Below are positions 27,720 to 37,532 of a DNA stretch of 64,000 bases, piece by piece. Below the pieces are notes generated by a model, which did no database searches, was not told where the DNA came from, and saw only the letters and a list, made by a program, of their open reading frames with translations. Both the position numbers and the translations under genes were made by a program. Origin of the DNA: a virus (Duplodnaviria > Caudoviricetes); the IMG/VR virus record IMGVR_UViG_3300024259_001623. One strand, 5' to 3'. Numbering within the stretch: the stretch's first letter is position 1; the number at the start of each line of letters is the position of its first letter.

Positions 27720-28502
27720 TTAAAACAAATCTAAAAACTTATGAGACTTTTCTTCACATACAACTTCATCATCACTATCAGAATAGATTGCTATTAGCTC
27801 CATCGCTTTATCAAAACTTGTTTGTTTAATCTCTTCAAATATAGTCTTTTTAAATCTTCCTAATATTTTATTTTGTCTTTTTATACTATACGTGGAAAAT
27901 TCTTTTAAATCATATTCATTTTGCAATAAGATTTTTTTAATCACCTTTTTATTATCTGCTATACTTACAAAGAATGGCAGAAAGTTATTGTTTACAATAT
28001 CTTCATCTGACATCCCTTTGCTTCTGAGGTATCCTATTGAATTACCATAAGCAAATTCTTCTTCTACTTCTACACTACTTTTCCTAACTCCTTCACAATC
28101 ACATACATAATGCAATAATTCATGAACTAAAACTTCATCAATTTCTATTTTTGCAGTAATGCTATATTTTTTTGAACTACCATGATCCAGACTAGACAAG
28201 ACTACAGTTTTCATAACCTTTTCAAAAAATCCGCCTACACCTTTATACCCCAGCCTGGACAAAAACTTTTGATTACAATGATAAACAACTACAGATTTTA
28301 CATCCTCTTTAGGATATAGATTATCAACATAGTCAAAAGCCTCTTTATGCTGAGGATATTTTATAATTACAGTATCATCATGATTTTTTATCTTATCTAT
28401 ATTTTCCTTAATAGTTTCACAATTTATTTTATACTGTTTTGCTCTAGCATTATAAAATTTTGCCATTTGACCATAGGTAGGTCTTCTTGTAGGTCTTCTC
28501 AT
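27720..28502 (-). CDS. Putative zincin-like metalloprotease
   Basis: VLVHELLHY (HExxH) followed by EEEFAY. Confidence 0.6.
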   Translation of the reverse strand: MRRPTRRPTYGQMAKFYNARAKQYKINCETIKENIDKIKNHDDTVIIKYPQHKEAFDYVDNLYPKEDVKSVVVYHCNQKFLSRLGYKGVGGFFEKVMKTVVLSSLDHGSSKKYSITAKIEIDEVLVHELLHYVCDCEGVRKSSVEVEEEFAYGNSIGYLRSKGMSDEDIVNNNFLPFFVSIADNKKVIKKILLQNEYDLKEFSTYSIKRQNKILGRFKKTIFEEIKQTSFDKAMELIAIYSDSDDEVVCEEKSHKFLDLF

Positions 28503-28762
28503 TCATCTTCTCCTGTTTCTTCATCTATCTCTTCATCTACTACTTTTTTGGAATATCCATCTACGCATTGAACAACGCAATAAGGTTCCGAATAACGTAC
28601 ATAAACTCTATGTTTTTCTATTATACCTAAAATACTTACAGATCTTATTTCTATAGGGTTTGTACAATCATCGGTCCCACATGAATCACACATGGAATCC
28701 ACAAAACCATTCTGGTTAAACATTAATTTTGATAATGGACAAACTTGACAATTATATTCCAA
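28499..28762 (-). CDS. Small Cys-rich hypothetical protein
   Basis: CQVC, CDSC, C..C, acidic tail. Confidence 0.55.
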   Translation of the reverse strand: MEYNCQVCPLSKLMFNQNGFVDSMCDSCGTDDCTNPIEIRSVSILGIIEKHRVYVRYSEPYCVVQCVDGYSKKVVDEEIDEETGEDE

Positions 28763-28764
28763 AA

Positions 28765-29316
28765 TTATACCCTCGTAACAGGTTTACCAGGTTTTTTAGT
28801 TTTTTCAACAACTGGTCTTTCAACGACGGTTTCTTCTACATCTGTATCTTCTTCTTGAACTGTTTCTTCTACATCTTCTTCAACAAGACCTTCATCTTCG
28901 TCGCCAATATCAGAATCAAAACTCTGGAACCCTTCTTCATCAGTTTCAAGAGGTTGTATTACCTCTATCTGAGAAGCAGGATTGCCACCAGCTTCGTTCT
29001 TTATATCTTCCACAACATTAGGAATAGGCAATTTAGAACTATGAGCATGTTGACGGCCACGAGGCTCCGGAATCTCATGAGCAACAACTATCTCTTTCTT
29101 TATTTCTCGACCGGGGATGACACCCTTTTCGATCAAAAAATCAGATATTTCTACGAACATATCCGCCGGAAGATCTAAATATTCCACACCGTCAGATGAC
29201 ACAGATATAGTTAATCCATGTGTCTCTGTATTATGGAATCTTACAAAATATGTAAAGTTATCATTATTATATGTAAAATCCATTGTAACTTTAGAATTTG
29301 CATAATCTATAGTCAT
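28765..29316 (-). CDS. Hypothetical protein with acidic low-complexity C-terminus
   Basis: 183-aa ORF in operon. Confidence 0.6.
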   Translation of the reverse strand: MTIDYANSKVTMDFTYNNDNFTYFVRFHNTETHGLTISVSSDGVEYLDLPADMFVEISDFLIEKGVIPGREIKKEIVVAHEIPEPRGRQHAHSSKLPIPNVVEDIKNEAGGNPASQIEVIQPLETDEEGFQSFDSDIGDEDEGLVEEDVEETVQEEDTDVEETVVERPVVEKTKKPGKPVTRV

Positions 29317-29546
29317 TTTTTGTCTCCTTTTCCACTTCTTATTTTTTTAATTATTATTTTTTCAATTATTGTTTTTCTTAACTCTTGCATGAGTAATTTG
29401 TTCTTTTTTACTAAACCTAGCTCGGAGTCCGGTTCTATAAAATTCAAACAATTACGACATATACGACCATATAAGTTACCACATTCATCTTTATCGTCAG
29501 ATAAACTCATAGGAGAATTATATCCGCATTTAGGGCACTTTCTCAT
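29313..29546 (-). CDS. Small zinc-ribbon protein
   Basis: CPKC...CRNC. Confidence 0.55.
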   Translation of the reverse strand: MRKCPKCGYNSPMSLSDDKDECGNLYGRICRNCLNFIEPDSELGLVKKNKLLMQELRKTIIEKIIIKKIRSGKGDKK

Positions 29547-29557
29547 AAAAACTCTTA

Positions 29558-29989
29558 TTAAATAATATCGTAATCGAAATCTTCCCTTTCGCCAAAAATC
29601 TTATCTAAAAACTCTGAATCTATTATCCAAGTATCCCAAAAATGCTTCCAAAAGTCCACATTCTCTCTCGCCAAATCTGGAAAAGGCTTTGGTCTATTCC
29701 ATCCTACCGATTGCGACCATGAAGATATAGCTCTAACATCTGGATTATAAAAAGCATCACCCTGAGTAGATGGATTAAACTCCATTATGTATATATCTCC
29801 ATTGGCATAAAAATGTAACAACATTTTAGATGATCCAAATGAACTCGTAATGGTAACACCTGATTCCAGCATCCAAGAGTCTTTAGCAAAAAGATCTTCA
29901 TTCATCAAATCTCTAGTTTGATCAAAAACTCCCTCTGTCTCTATCAGAGTTAAATCATCAAACTCAATTTCGAATTCGGTTTCTGTCAT
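29558..29989 (-). CDS. Hypothetical protein
   Basis: 143-aa ORF, coupled to upstream stop. Confidence 0.6.
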   Translation of the reverse strand: MTETEFEIEFDDLTLIETEGVFDQTRDLMNEDLFAKDSWMLESGVTITSSFGSSKMLLHFYANGDIYIMEFNPSTQGDAFYNPDVRAISSWSQSVGWNRPKPFPDLARENVDFWKHFWDTWIIDSEFLDKIFGEREDFDYDII

Positions 29990-30885
29990 TAAAATAAACT
30001 CTCTTCTTTTTCTTGTAATGAATTTTTCTTATTCTTAGCTAATCTATCAGATCTAGGAACATACTCATCTTCTACTATTTTACAATTATCATATTCTTCT
30101 ATTCTATTCCTAGCAAAATCGCAATAATCCTCGTCACAATCTATTCCTATATATTTCCTGCCATACTTGTTGGCAACATATAGAGTAGTGCCAGAACCAG
30201 AAAACATATCCAAAACAGTATCTTCTCGATACGAAAATAACTTAACAACTCTTTTGGCAAGTTCTTCGGGGAAAGGAACCGGATGCCCACCAAGCTTTCT
30301 AGTTTCAGGACGGACAAACCAAGTACTAAATGTCCAATCATTAAACTCCTTAATAGTCATATCGGATAATTCTGAATCACCTTCTAATTTATATTTGTCT
30401 TTAGAAAAAACATATATAAATTCATGCGTACTTCTCATTATAGGGAATGAGCATGAATCAAATGATCCCCACGCTGTCTTTTTGCCAGCAGCATCTTGCT
30501 TATACCAGACTATTTCAGCGAAAGGCAGCATTCCTATTTCTTCCATCTGATTAGACAAATATTTTCCTATAAATCTAAAATATTCTTTGTCTTTGTCGTT
30601 TTGTCTATTAGTAATTGTAGCCATATTAATAGCTAGTCTACCGCCAGACCTTAATACTCTTTTACTTTCTATCCATATTTTTTTTAGCCAATCCATATAA
30701 TCTGACCAAGGCATATCATCTTTATAAGAGCCGTAATCAATTTTCAGATTATATACCGGCGAGGTAAAAATAAGAGATACACAATTATCTGGCATTTTTT
30801 TTAAAACATTCAGATTGTCATCACAAATAATCTTATTTTCAAATTCTTTTACATCCATCACATTTTTTCCTATTAAAATGAACAT
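29989..30885 (-). CDS. Beta-class N4-C/N6-A DNA methyltransferase (probable start 30858)
   Basis: FTSPVYN catalytic motif precedes HPVPFP and VLDMFSGSGTT SAM-binding motif. Confidence 0.9.
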   Translation of the reverse strand: MFILIGKNVMDVKEFENKIICDDNLNVLKKMPDNCVSLIFTSPVYNLKIDYGSYKDDMPWSDYMDWLKKIWIESKRVLRSGGRLAINMATITNRQNDKDKEYFRFIGKYLSNQMEEIGMLPFAEIVWYKQDAAGKKTAWGSFDSCSFPIMRSTHEFIYVFSKDKYKLEGDSELSDMTIKEFNDWTFSTWFVRPETRKLGGHPVPFPEELAKRVVKLFSYREDTVLDMFSGSGTTLYVANKYGRKYIGIDCDEDYCDFARNRIEEYDNCKIVEDEYVPRSDRLAKNKKNSLQEKEESLF

Positions 30886-31759
30886 TTTTCATAATCTTAC
30901 CACAAACACAACATTGTTTATCACGACTCAAATTGTTTTGATAACATTGTATACTCTTTAAGGCTAAATATTTCTTCCTTCCCAAAGCAAAATAACTATT
31001 ATCGTACATCTTTTTAAAACAATGAAAAGCATAAATACTGTTAATGCCCAATGTGCCATTAACATTTGATTTGCAATTATAATTAATGGAATAATGAGTA
31101 CATTTAATTTTTTTCTCCAAAATAGATAAAACTTTTTTAAGAAATTTTTCATGCCCAACAATATTAAAACCAATTATTTTAGAGCTATCTCGCGGGGGTT
31201 TAATGCTTCCATCTCCGTCAACGTAGCCTCTTAAAAAATGCCAAAAATATCGATCAGGGATATTAGGCAAATCAAAGTCCCAAGTTTTCCTGTGGCAAAT
31301 ACCTCTATTCATCAAAGACCGGACGAATTCACCAGAATAAACACAAAAGACATAGCAATTAGAATTCTTTTCTTTTTTAATTTCAAAATTCGATTCTAAC
31401 TCATCTTTTAAAAAATCTAACAATTCATAATCTATAGATTTAATTGTGAATTCGTACTTATGAGGTCGGATACAACCATCGGCGGATATATATCCTAATA
31501 AATAAGCCATATTTATAGACCATTTATTAAAATATTGTTTATTAACGTAATTTATTCTTTTGGGATTTTTTCCATTTCTTCCTTTAATAGGAATATTATT
31601 TCTTTTTATTGCATAGCGAATTGCGCTAGCAGTACAATTATATTTTTTAGCAATCTCTGTACTTGCCATATTCTTCAAAATATACATATCATATAATTCT
31701 TGTTTTGTCGCTTTTATTTTAGACATTTTTATCTCCCCTGTAATATTCTGGAGAAACAA
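30839..31759 (-). mobile_element. Free-standing LAGLIDADG homing endonuclease with N-terminal HTH (probable start 31726)
   Basis: AYLLGYISADG and FLRGYVDGDG; N-terminal STEIAKKYNCT. Confidence 0.88.
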
Positions 31760-31809
31760 AAATATCCTTTATATATTTTACCATTTTGCCCCAAAACAAT
31801 AAATTTGTA

Positions 31810-32508
31810 TTACTCATTTTCTTCCCATAAATATATTTCTTTATTAATTCCTTCGCATACAGCAATACTACTTCTATCTAATTTAATGTCTCGTACATTA
31901 ATTCCCCAAAATTTTCTTTCTACTTCTACAGAAGAGGATAAACCTAGATTAATATTATATGTCTCATCCAAATCCATTTTGGGGTTATTTAAAATATCAA
32001 AAGTACCTATAGACCCAGAATACCTTACTGTTCTGAAATCTTCAGAAACAGCTTTTAATGTAAAACGAGTAACATTCTCACTTGGTATAATAATGTCATC
32101 ATCGGATTGAACATCAACAATTATATTTGCATATGGAACTAGATAACTATAAAGTGTATCATGCTCATTTCGACATCTTGACAATAACTTACTACATGCG
32201 GCCTCATTAGCATCAACATAAATACTGCACTTCAAAGCCTCTCCAGCAGAAACGTCAATAGCAAATTCTTTTACAACTATGTTATTATATATATAGCCCT
32301 TATCTTTGTCTACAAGATAAGAATCAAACAATATAGTATTATCCCTCAAAGAATCAAATATATAAGAGAAATAATCAAAAGACATTATATCGTCTACATT
32401 TCTTGAAACCGGATAAAACTCTATAAGAATATTATATGAACCCTTTGTATCTTTTTCCATATATTCTATTTTATTTAATGGTAAAAGAGACTTACCTATT
32501 TTTAACAT
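31810..32508 (-). CDS. Hypothetical protein
   Basis: 232-aa ORF with RBS. Confidence 0.6.
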   Translation of the reverse strand: MLKIGKSLLPLNKIEYMEKDTKGSYNILIEFYPVSRNVDDIMSFDYFSYIFDSLRDNTILFDSYLVDKDKGYIYNNIVVKEFAIDVSAGEALKCSIYVDANEAACSKLLSRCRNEHDTLYSYLVPYANIIVDVQSDDDIIIPSENVTRFTLKAVSEDFRTVRYSGSIGTFDILNNPKMDLDETYNINLGLSSSVEVERKFWGINVRDIKLDRSSIAVCEGINKEIYLWEENE

Positions 32509-32517
32509 GTTATTCTC

Positions 32518-33165
32518 CTATACCAAATCAGCCGTTTTTTCCATACATCTTTTTTCCCACATTGCATATCTCAAAATAAAAGGAGACTGTCCGATACTCT
32601 CATCTCCATCAAGTATAAATTCATATATCTTACACAATGAGTCTATATTTTCAGATAATATCAACTTATCAATTTCTTGATAAAGTTTATCTAAAAATAT
32701 TGCTTCTTCATCGTCAAATTCTACTCTTTCTAAATAATTATATCCCAATAAACTAACTTCCAATGATATATCATACATCATATCTGATGCATTTTTCATT
32801 GATTCTTCTTCTGATTCTTTCCTAATCTTCCCAATTATAAAATTCAATTCATCATTTTTATTGATATCTAAATCGCCACCAAAAAACTTAACAGACTGAT
32901 GCCAAGGAATATTTTTTAGTTGAGCGTTCAGAGATACTACATCTCCACTTCTCTTACAACCAAAGCAATAAAAATTATCATATTCCCCTGAATCATATAC
33001 TGCTAAAGAAGGATTATTATCATTATGATCAGGGAACGGACAGACATACATATATTTGCCCTTATATTGATATTCATAATTAATTCCTTCAGAAGATAAA
33101 AAATTCACTATCTTATTGGTAGATCTTATATTCTCTATGACATATTGACTTATTTTTTCAGACAC
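32518..33165 (-). CDS. Stand-alone DnaG CHC2 zinc-binding domain protein
   Basis: CPFPDHNDNNPSL..Y....FYCFGCKRSGDVV..; no TOPRIM. Confidence 0.88.
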   Translation of the reverse strand: MSEKISQYVIENIRSTNKIVNFLSSEGINYEYQYKGKYMYVCPFPDHNDNNPSLAVYDSGEYDNFYCFGCKRSGDVVSLNAQLKNIPWHQSVKFFGGDLDINKNDELNFIIGKIRKESEEESMKNASDMMYDISLEVSLLGYNYLERVEFDDEEAIFLDKLYQEIDKLILSENIDSLCKIYEFILDGDESIGQSPFILRYAMWEKRCMEKTADLV

Positions 33166-33167
33166 AA

Positions 33168-34718
33168 CTACACTCCCAACAATTCTTCAAAAGCATCTTT
33201 CTGAGTTTTTGTGATACCGGCTGCATCATCCTGGCTATCTATATCATCTATATCACTTTGAAAATCCAAATCCATATTATCAGAATCGTTGATTTTTTCC
33301 ATAATATTTTCTTGATTACCAGTATAGAAATTATCACTTATACTTTGTATCAAACTAATGTCTGGTCTTACTTCTAAAGTAGCTCTAGTAGAATTGTTAG
33401 CAAACATTTTCTTGCCGTATCTAGATTTGATGCAAAAGAAATTAATCCTTTTGCCTGGCTGCTGGGGGTCTTCCATCTGAACATACATAGCATCTGAATC
33501 AGCAGAATACTCGTGAGAACCTCGTATGTCTTCCGAATAGAACGCAGTCTTATTAGCCCCACTTCTTCTGATTCTCTTTAGAGCCTCTCTACCTATCTGA
33601 GCGCCAGAGACAACAGAGAAACCTTCTTCATGGACCGCTCCAGGCTTTCCCATCGTTCTCAAACCTTTCAGCATTTGACCGATTTCTAAATCATTTCTTC
33701 CTTTATTCCTGTCACTATCTGGAACTAAATTAGCTATATAATCAATAACTACCATGCTAGGCTTGAATACATCTACATGCTTTTCTATTTCTTTTCTAAT
33801 AACAGAAACTGGAACTTGATCATCAGCTTCCATAATAAAAAACTTACTTCCAGTTTCGGCCTCTTTATCTTTCAAATACTGGCTGAATCCTTTGACCTTT
33901 TCAAGTTCATCTTTATCTAAAAGAGTAGGATGCTCTAACTTATTAAAAGGTATCTGCAACTCTCTCGACATAAACTTCTGGAACATCTTTTCTCTAGGCA
34001 TTTCTAATGGAACATATAAAACATCTTTGCCTCCCTTGCTCCATACATTAGCTGCGACATTAAGCATAATTGTAGACTTATATCCTCCTACATCGCCGCA
34101 GAACAGCACCAGAGAACCAGGTGTAAAACCAACAACTAATGTTTCATCTATTTCTTTGATGAAACATTTAATATTAGTCTCATCTTCACCTTTTTCTAAA
34201 CGTTCAACAAATTTCTCATAATAAGTAGGAGAATAATCTGTTACAGATTCGTAAAATATTTCTTTTTTCTTTTCTGTATCAACAACAAGAGAACTCAATT
34301 TGTCCTCTAATTGTTTAGAAGCGAAAACGCTACCTTTTGCAGATACAGTCTTTTGATAATTTTCTATATACTCTACAGTCTGATCAGCGATATAAGATTC
34401 TACAATCTTGCTGCTTAATTCAGGAAAATCATCTCTACTAGTATTTAACGTATTAATATTATTATACAAATATTCTTGAGCCTGTATCTCCATTTTGGAA
34501 GATAAATACTTATGAAGAAAACTCACAAACGTCTTTCTAGTTAACAAAACGTCATTATTAAATGCATATATAACAGCATTTAATATCATCTGATGAGAAC
34601 TATCAAAATATTCTTCTTTTAAAGCACTTCCAGCCCAGTCCGAAACCAAATCTTTGTATTTTATAAGCAAACTTATAAAATCTCTTTCTATTTTAATTTT
34701 TTCTTTTTTTGATATCAT
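33168..34718 (-). CDS. dnaB: DnaB-like replicative helicase
   Basis: GFTPGSL.LFCGDVGGYKST, LEM, VVIDYI, GAQIGRE, KSRYG. Confidence 0.8.
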   Translation of the reverse strand: MISKKEKIKIERDFISLLIKYKDLVSDWAGSALKEEYFDSSHQMILNAVIYAFNNDVLLTRKTFVSFLHKYLSSKMEIQAQEYLYNNINTLNTSRDDFPELSSKIVESYIADQTVEYIENYQKTVSAKGSVFASKQLEDKLSSLVVDTEKKKEIFYESVTDYSPTYYEKFVERLEKGEDETNIKCFIKEIDETLVVGFTPGSLVLFCGDVGGYKSTIMLNVAANVWSKGGKDVLYVPLEMPREKMFQKFMSRELQIPFNKLEHPTLLDKDELEKVKGFSQYLKDKEAETGSKFFIMEADDQVPVSVIRKEIEKHVDVFKPSMVVIDYIANLVPDSDRNKGRNDLEIGQMLKGLRTMGKPGAVHEEGFSVVSGAQIGREALKRIRRSGANKTAFYSEDIRGSHEYSADSDAMYVQMEDPQQPGKRINFFCIKSRYGKKMFANNSTRATLEVRPDISLIQSISDNFYTGNQENIMEKINDSDNMDLDFQSDIDDIDSQDDAAGITKTQKDAFEELLGV

Positions 34719-34721
34719 ATA

Positions 34722-35495
34722 TTATAACTCTATAAAACATGTCCTAGAAGAACCAATCACTTTTGTTATAGCTAAACCTAAATCATCTTCGCTTTGTTTT
34801 TGTTTAACATTAAATCTAAAAACAAAAATAGTTGGCAATCCATCTCTAATTCTTTCTATGAAAAATGGATTCATCATTTCACGCTTCCATCTTGTACTGG
34901 AATAAGGAATATCTTCTACAACGAGCCAATCTGCCGATCTTATATCAGATAACTCAGATTCCTCTTGTTTCCGTACCATGTCTTCCAATATAGCATATTC
35001 AATCCAATCATATGTTTGAGCCAAATCTAAACCATTATTAACTCTACTCTTTATAGCTTCTTTCATAATTAGAGAAGCACAAAAAGTTTTTCCCTTTTGC
35101 TCAAACGACTTCACTTTAGGATATATGACAACGTTATCACAGTTGCTTTTTCTCTTATTGATTATAGACACATTATCCAATTCTTTTTGATCCATAGAAT
35201 TGATTTTGTCTAAAGGAATATTCCCCCAGCAATATTTGACTATTTCTTTTTTAGCCGCGACCGCGACTTTAGGCTCTAGCACCTGCAAATTATGTTCTGA
35301 TAATCCATCAAAATCTTTTATGGAGAATTTATAATAAGGTTCAGGTATCACAGCCCTCAAGTATGCTTGAGTCTCTGCAACCAAAGAGCAGATATATCTC
35401 TCTTCATCGGAACATGAATTTATGTCTTTTACTCCGAAAAATTTATATGCAAATATATCTTCTAATTTTGTTTTAAGATCGTTTATGTTTTTCAT
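34722..35495 (-). CDS. DnaC/DnaI/IstB-like helicase loader (divergent)
   Basis: QKGKTFCA Walker A, DWLVVEDIP Walker B, R...GLPTIF; immediately upstream of dnaB. Confidence 0.6.
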   Translation of the reverse strand: MKNINDLKTKLEDIFAYKFFGVKDINSCSDEERYICSLVAETQAYLRAVIPEPYYKFSIKDFDGLSEHNLQVLEPKVAVAAKKEIVKYCWGNIPLDKINSMDQKELDNVSIINKRKSNCDNVVIYPKVKSFEQKGKTFCASLIMKEAIKSRVNNGLDLAQTYDWIEYAILEDMVRKQEESELSDIRSADWLVVEDIPYSSTRWKREMMNPFFIERIRDGLPTIFVFRFNVKQKQSEDDLGLAITKVIGSSRTCFIEL

Positions 35496-35496
35496 A

Positions 35497-36591
35497 TTAA
35501 ATATCTATGCCTATCTCTCCACTTTTCCCGACTTTGGTATCATCTCCATTTGCAGGGACACATCTATCTGTTGCCCAATCTCTCATTTCATCGAAATCTT
35601 CTTTTCTCATTGCATACAATGGCTTAAAAGTACCAGCAGCAGTTACAAGATCTTCTGTTTTAATCTCTCTTGCATTATCTCCAAAAGCCTCAAACATGGC
35701 AGTAATGATGCATTTTTCTATTTCCGCACCGCTATAATTTTCTGTAACAGAAGATAATTTGCCAAGATTAAAATCTTTAGGCTTTCTGTTATATCTTCTC
35801 AACAATACTTCAAAAATCTCTCTTCTTTCTTTTGGATTAGGAAGATCAACAAAGAACGTTTCATCAAATCTGCCTGCTCTCATAAATTCTGGGGGGATAG
35901 CCTCATGATCATTTGCAGTACAGAACATAAAGACTGGTGCGGTTTTTTCTTGCATCCAAGTCAAGAACGTTGACACTACTCTACTCGTCGTTCCGCCATC
36001 AGTCTGTCCACTCGATTTTGCTCCAGCTAATCCCTTTTCAATTTCATCACACCATAAAACACAAGGTGCAATCGCTTCTGCTAATTTGATAGCATTTCTG
36101 GAAGCTTCTTCTGATTCTCCTACGTAAGAACCAAACAACTTGCCAAAATCCAATCTCAATAAAGGCATCTGATATAAATCTGCAACAACCTTAGCACATA
36201 AAGACTTTCCCGTATTATGAGAAACAATTCCATTAGAGTAATACTTATGACTTTCGCTTAAAACCTCCAAGTCATAAGTATTATACTTTTCAGATAAAAA
36301 TTCCTTAGTAACAATTTCCACAAATCCATTATCTGTTTCTACCAAATCCTCATTAACAGATAATTGTTCTAAAGACTGCCATCCATTTTTTGTATTAACA
36401 CAATGATCACTGGAGCATTTTAAAACTCTACCATCAGATAATGTCAAACAATAACACTCCTTATTACCCTTATTTACCAAACTACCTATTTTTTGCCACC
36501 CATCAGGCGTATCTATTTCGAACTCGCCTTCTTCTTGAGAAAGTTTAAAAAAATCCTCAATCGCCATTTCTTGTTCGTCATAAAGTTCCAT
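35497..36591 (-). CDS. Ycf46-like AAA ATPase C-terminal fragment fused to C-intein
   Basis: 126-aa intein C-part ending SHN, then TGKSL, GSYVGESE, LWCDEIEK, TAN, RAGRFDE. Confidence 0.92.
   Translation of the reverse strand: MELYDEQEMAIEDFFKLSQEEGEFEIDTPDGWQKIGSLVNKGNKECYCLTLSDGRVLKCSSDHCVNTKNGWQSLEQLSVNEDLVETDNGFVEIVTKEFLSEKYNTYDLEVLSESHKYYSNGIVSHNTGKSLCAKVVADLYQMPLLRLDFGKLFGSYVGESEEASRNAIKLAEAIAPCVLWCDEIEKGLAGAKSSGQTDGGTTSRVVSTFLTWMQEKTAPVFMFCTANDHEAIPPEFMRAGRFDETFFVDLPNPKERREIFEVLLRRYNRKPKDFNLGKLSSVTENYSGAEIEKCIITAMFEAFGDNAREIKTEDLVTAAGTFKPLYAMRKEDFDEMRDWATDRCVPANGDDTKVGKSGEIGIDI
36214..36591 (-). mobile_element. Split intein C-fragment (126 aa, Thr+1)
   Basis: IDTPDGW, block B CSSDH, block F TYDLEV, block G NGIVSHN followed by T. 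Confidence 0.9.
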
Positions 36592-36595
36592 TTTT

Positions 36596-37528
36596 TTACT
36601 CCTTCAATAAAAATTCCTTAATAAACACATCATCCCACTTTTTTATGAACTTAATTTTCCCATCAAGATATAAACCCTTCAGTTGTTCAGGAGGCATAAT
36701 TTTTACATCAATAATTCGATATTCCATATCATTATCTTTACAAAAAATTTTAGCAGCCTCAACCTTTCTTCTATTATTATCTGTAAACATTAATTTTTTA
36801 GGTTTTATTTCTAATAGCAAACTCTCTTCAATTATAAAATCTGGTCTATATGTTCTACTTCTACCTTTAAAATCTATATATGGAATATTTATTGCCCCCT
36901 CAGCACTTCTCCATTTCAAATTATTTTTTTCAATTACATTAATCATATATGACAACTCACGTAATGATCTAAAATACCAATTATTATACCATCCAGACCA
37001 CCCCCCTCCAGAACCTTTAGGAGAAGGCTTGCCATACATGGGATTATTTTTTCCAGACATTTTTTTAGACTTTATTTCTGCTATCTCTTTTTTTCTATTA
37101 TCTGCATAATTTTTTCCATATTTTGCAACCCAAATATCATATACACTTTTTCCATACATAGGATTATTCTTACCAGAAGTTACATTTGACATTGTTTCCC
37201 TAAAACTGTCTTTTTGTGTATAAGACCTATCCAAACTCTTTAATTTATCTATTGTCTCTCTTGTATGTCTTTTTCCATAAAAAGGATTATTTTCCCCCAT
37301 ATATTTCTTTTTATGTCTATCTGATAATGCATTATACTGTTTTTTCCCCTCATCCGTTAATGCGTACAACTTAAGAGAACAAGACAAACAGGGCTTATTA
37401 CTTCTTATCGCTCTTCTTTTTCCCTTTTCTGTTGTATATGATATCACCTTTTTACACTTAGGACACTCTCTTGTAAACTTTTTTTCCATAGCGATAGTCT
37501 CTCCTATTGGGCATTCCTGGAATCGCAC
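36596..37528 (-). mobile_element. Free-standing homing endonuclease: NUMOD3 repeats plus PD-(D/E)XK (TnsA-N-like) domain; probable start 37489
   Basis: GENNPFYGKRH, GKNNPMYGK twice, FRS..E, YRPDFII...LEIKP; AGGAG RBS before ATG 37489. Confidence 0.82.
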
Positions 37529-37532
37529 TATT

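Noticed and set aside
30964-31173. Short same-strand alternative-frame ORFs (also 7737..7940, 19264..19446, 54427..54621)
   Set aside because: Only 60-70 codons with no motifs, unlike the 313-codon motif-bearing nested endonuclease.
37500-37530. IPGMP-like text in another frame just after the AAA N-fragment, resembling the Walker A IGMPG
   Set aside because: Nucleotide similarity is weak and short; not a credible target-site duplication.
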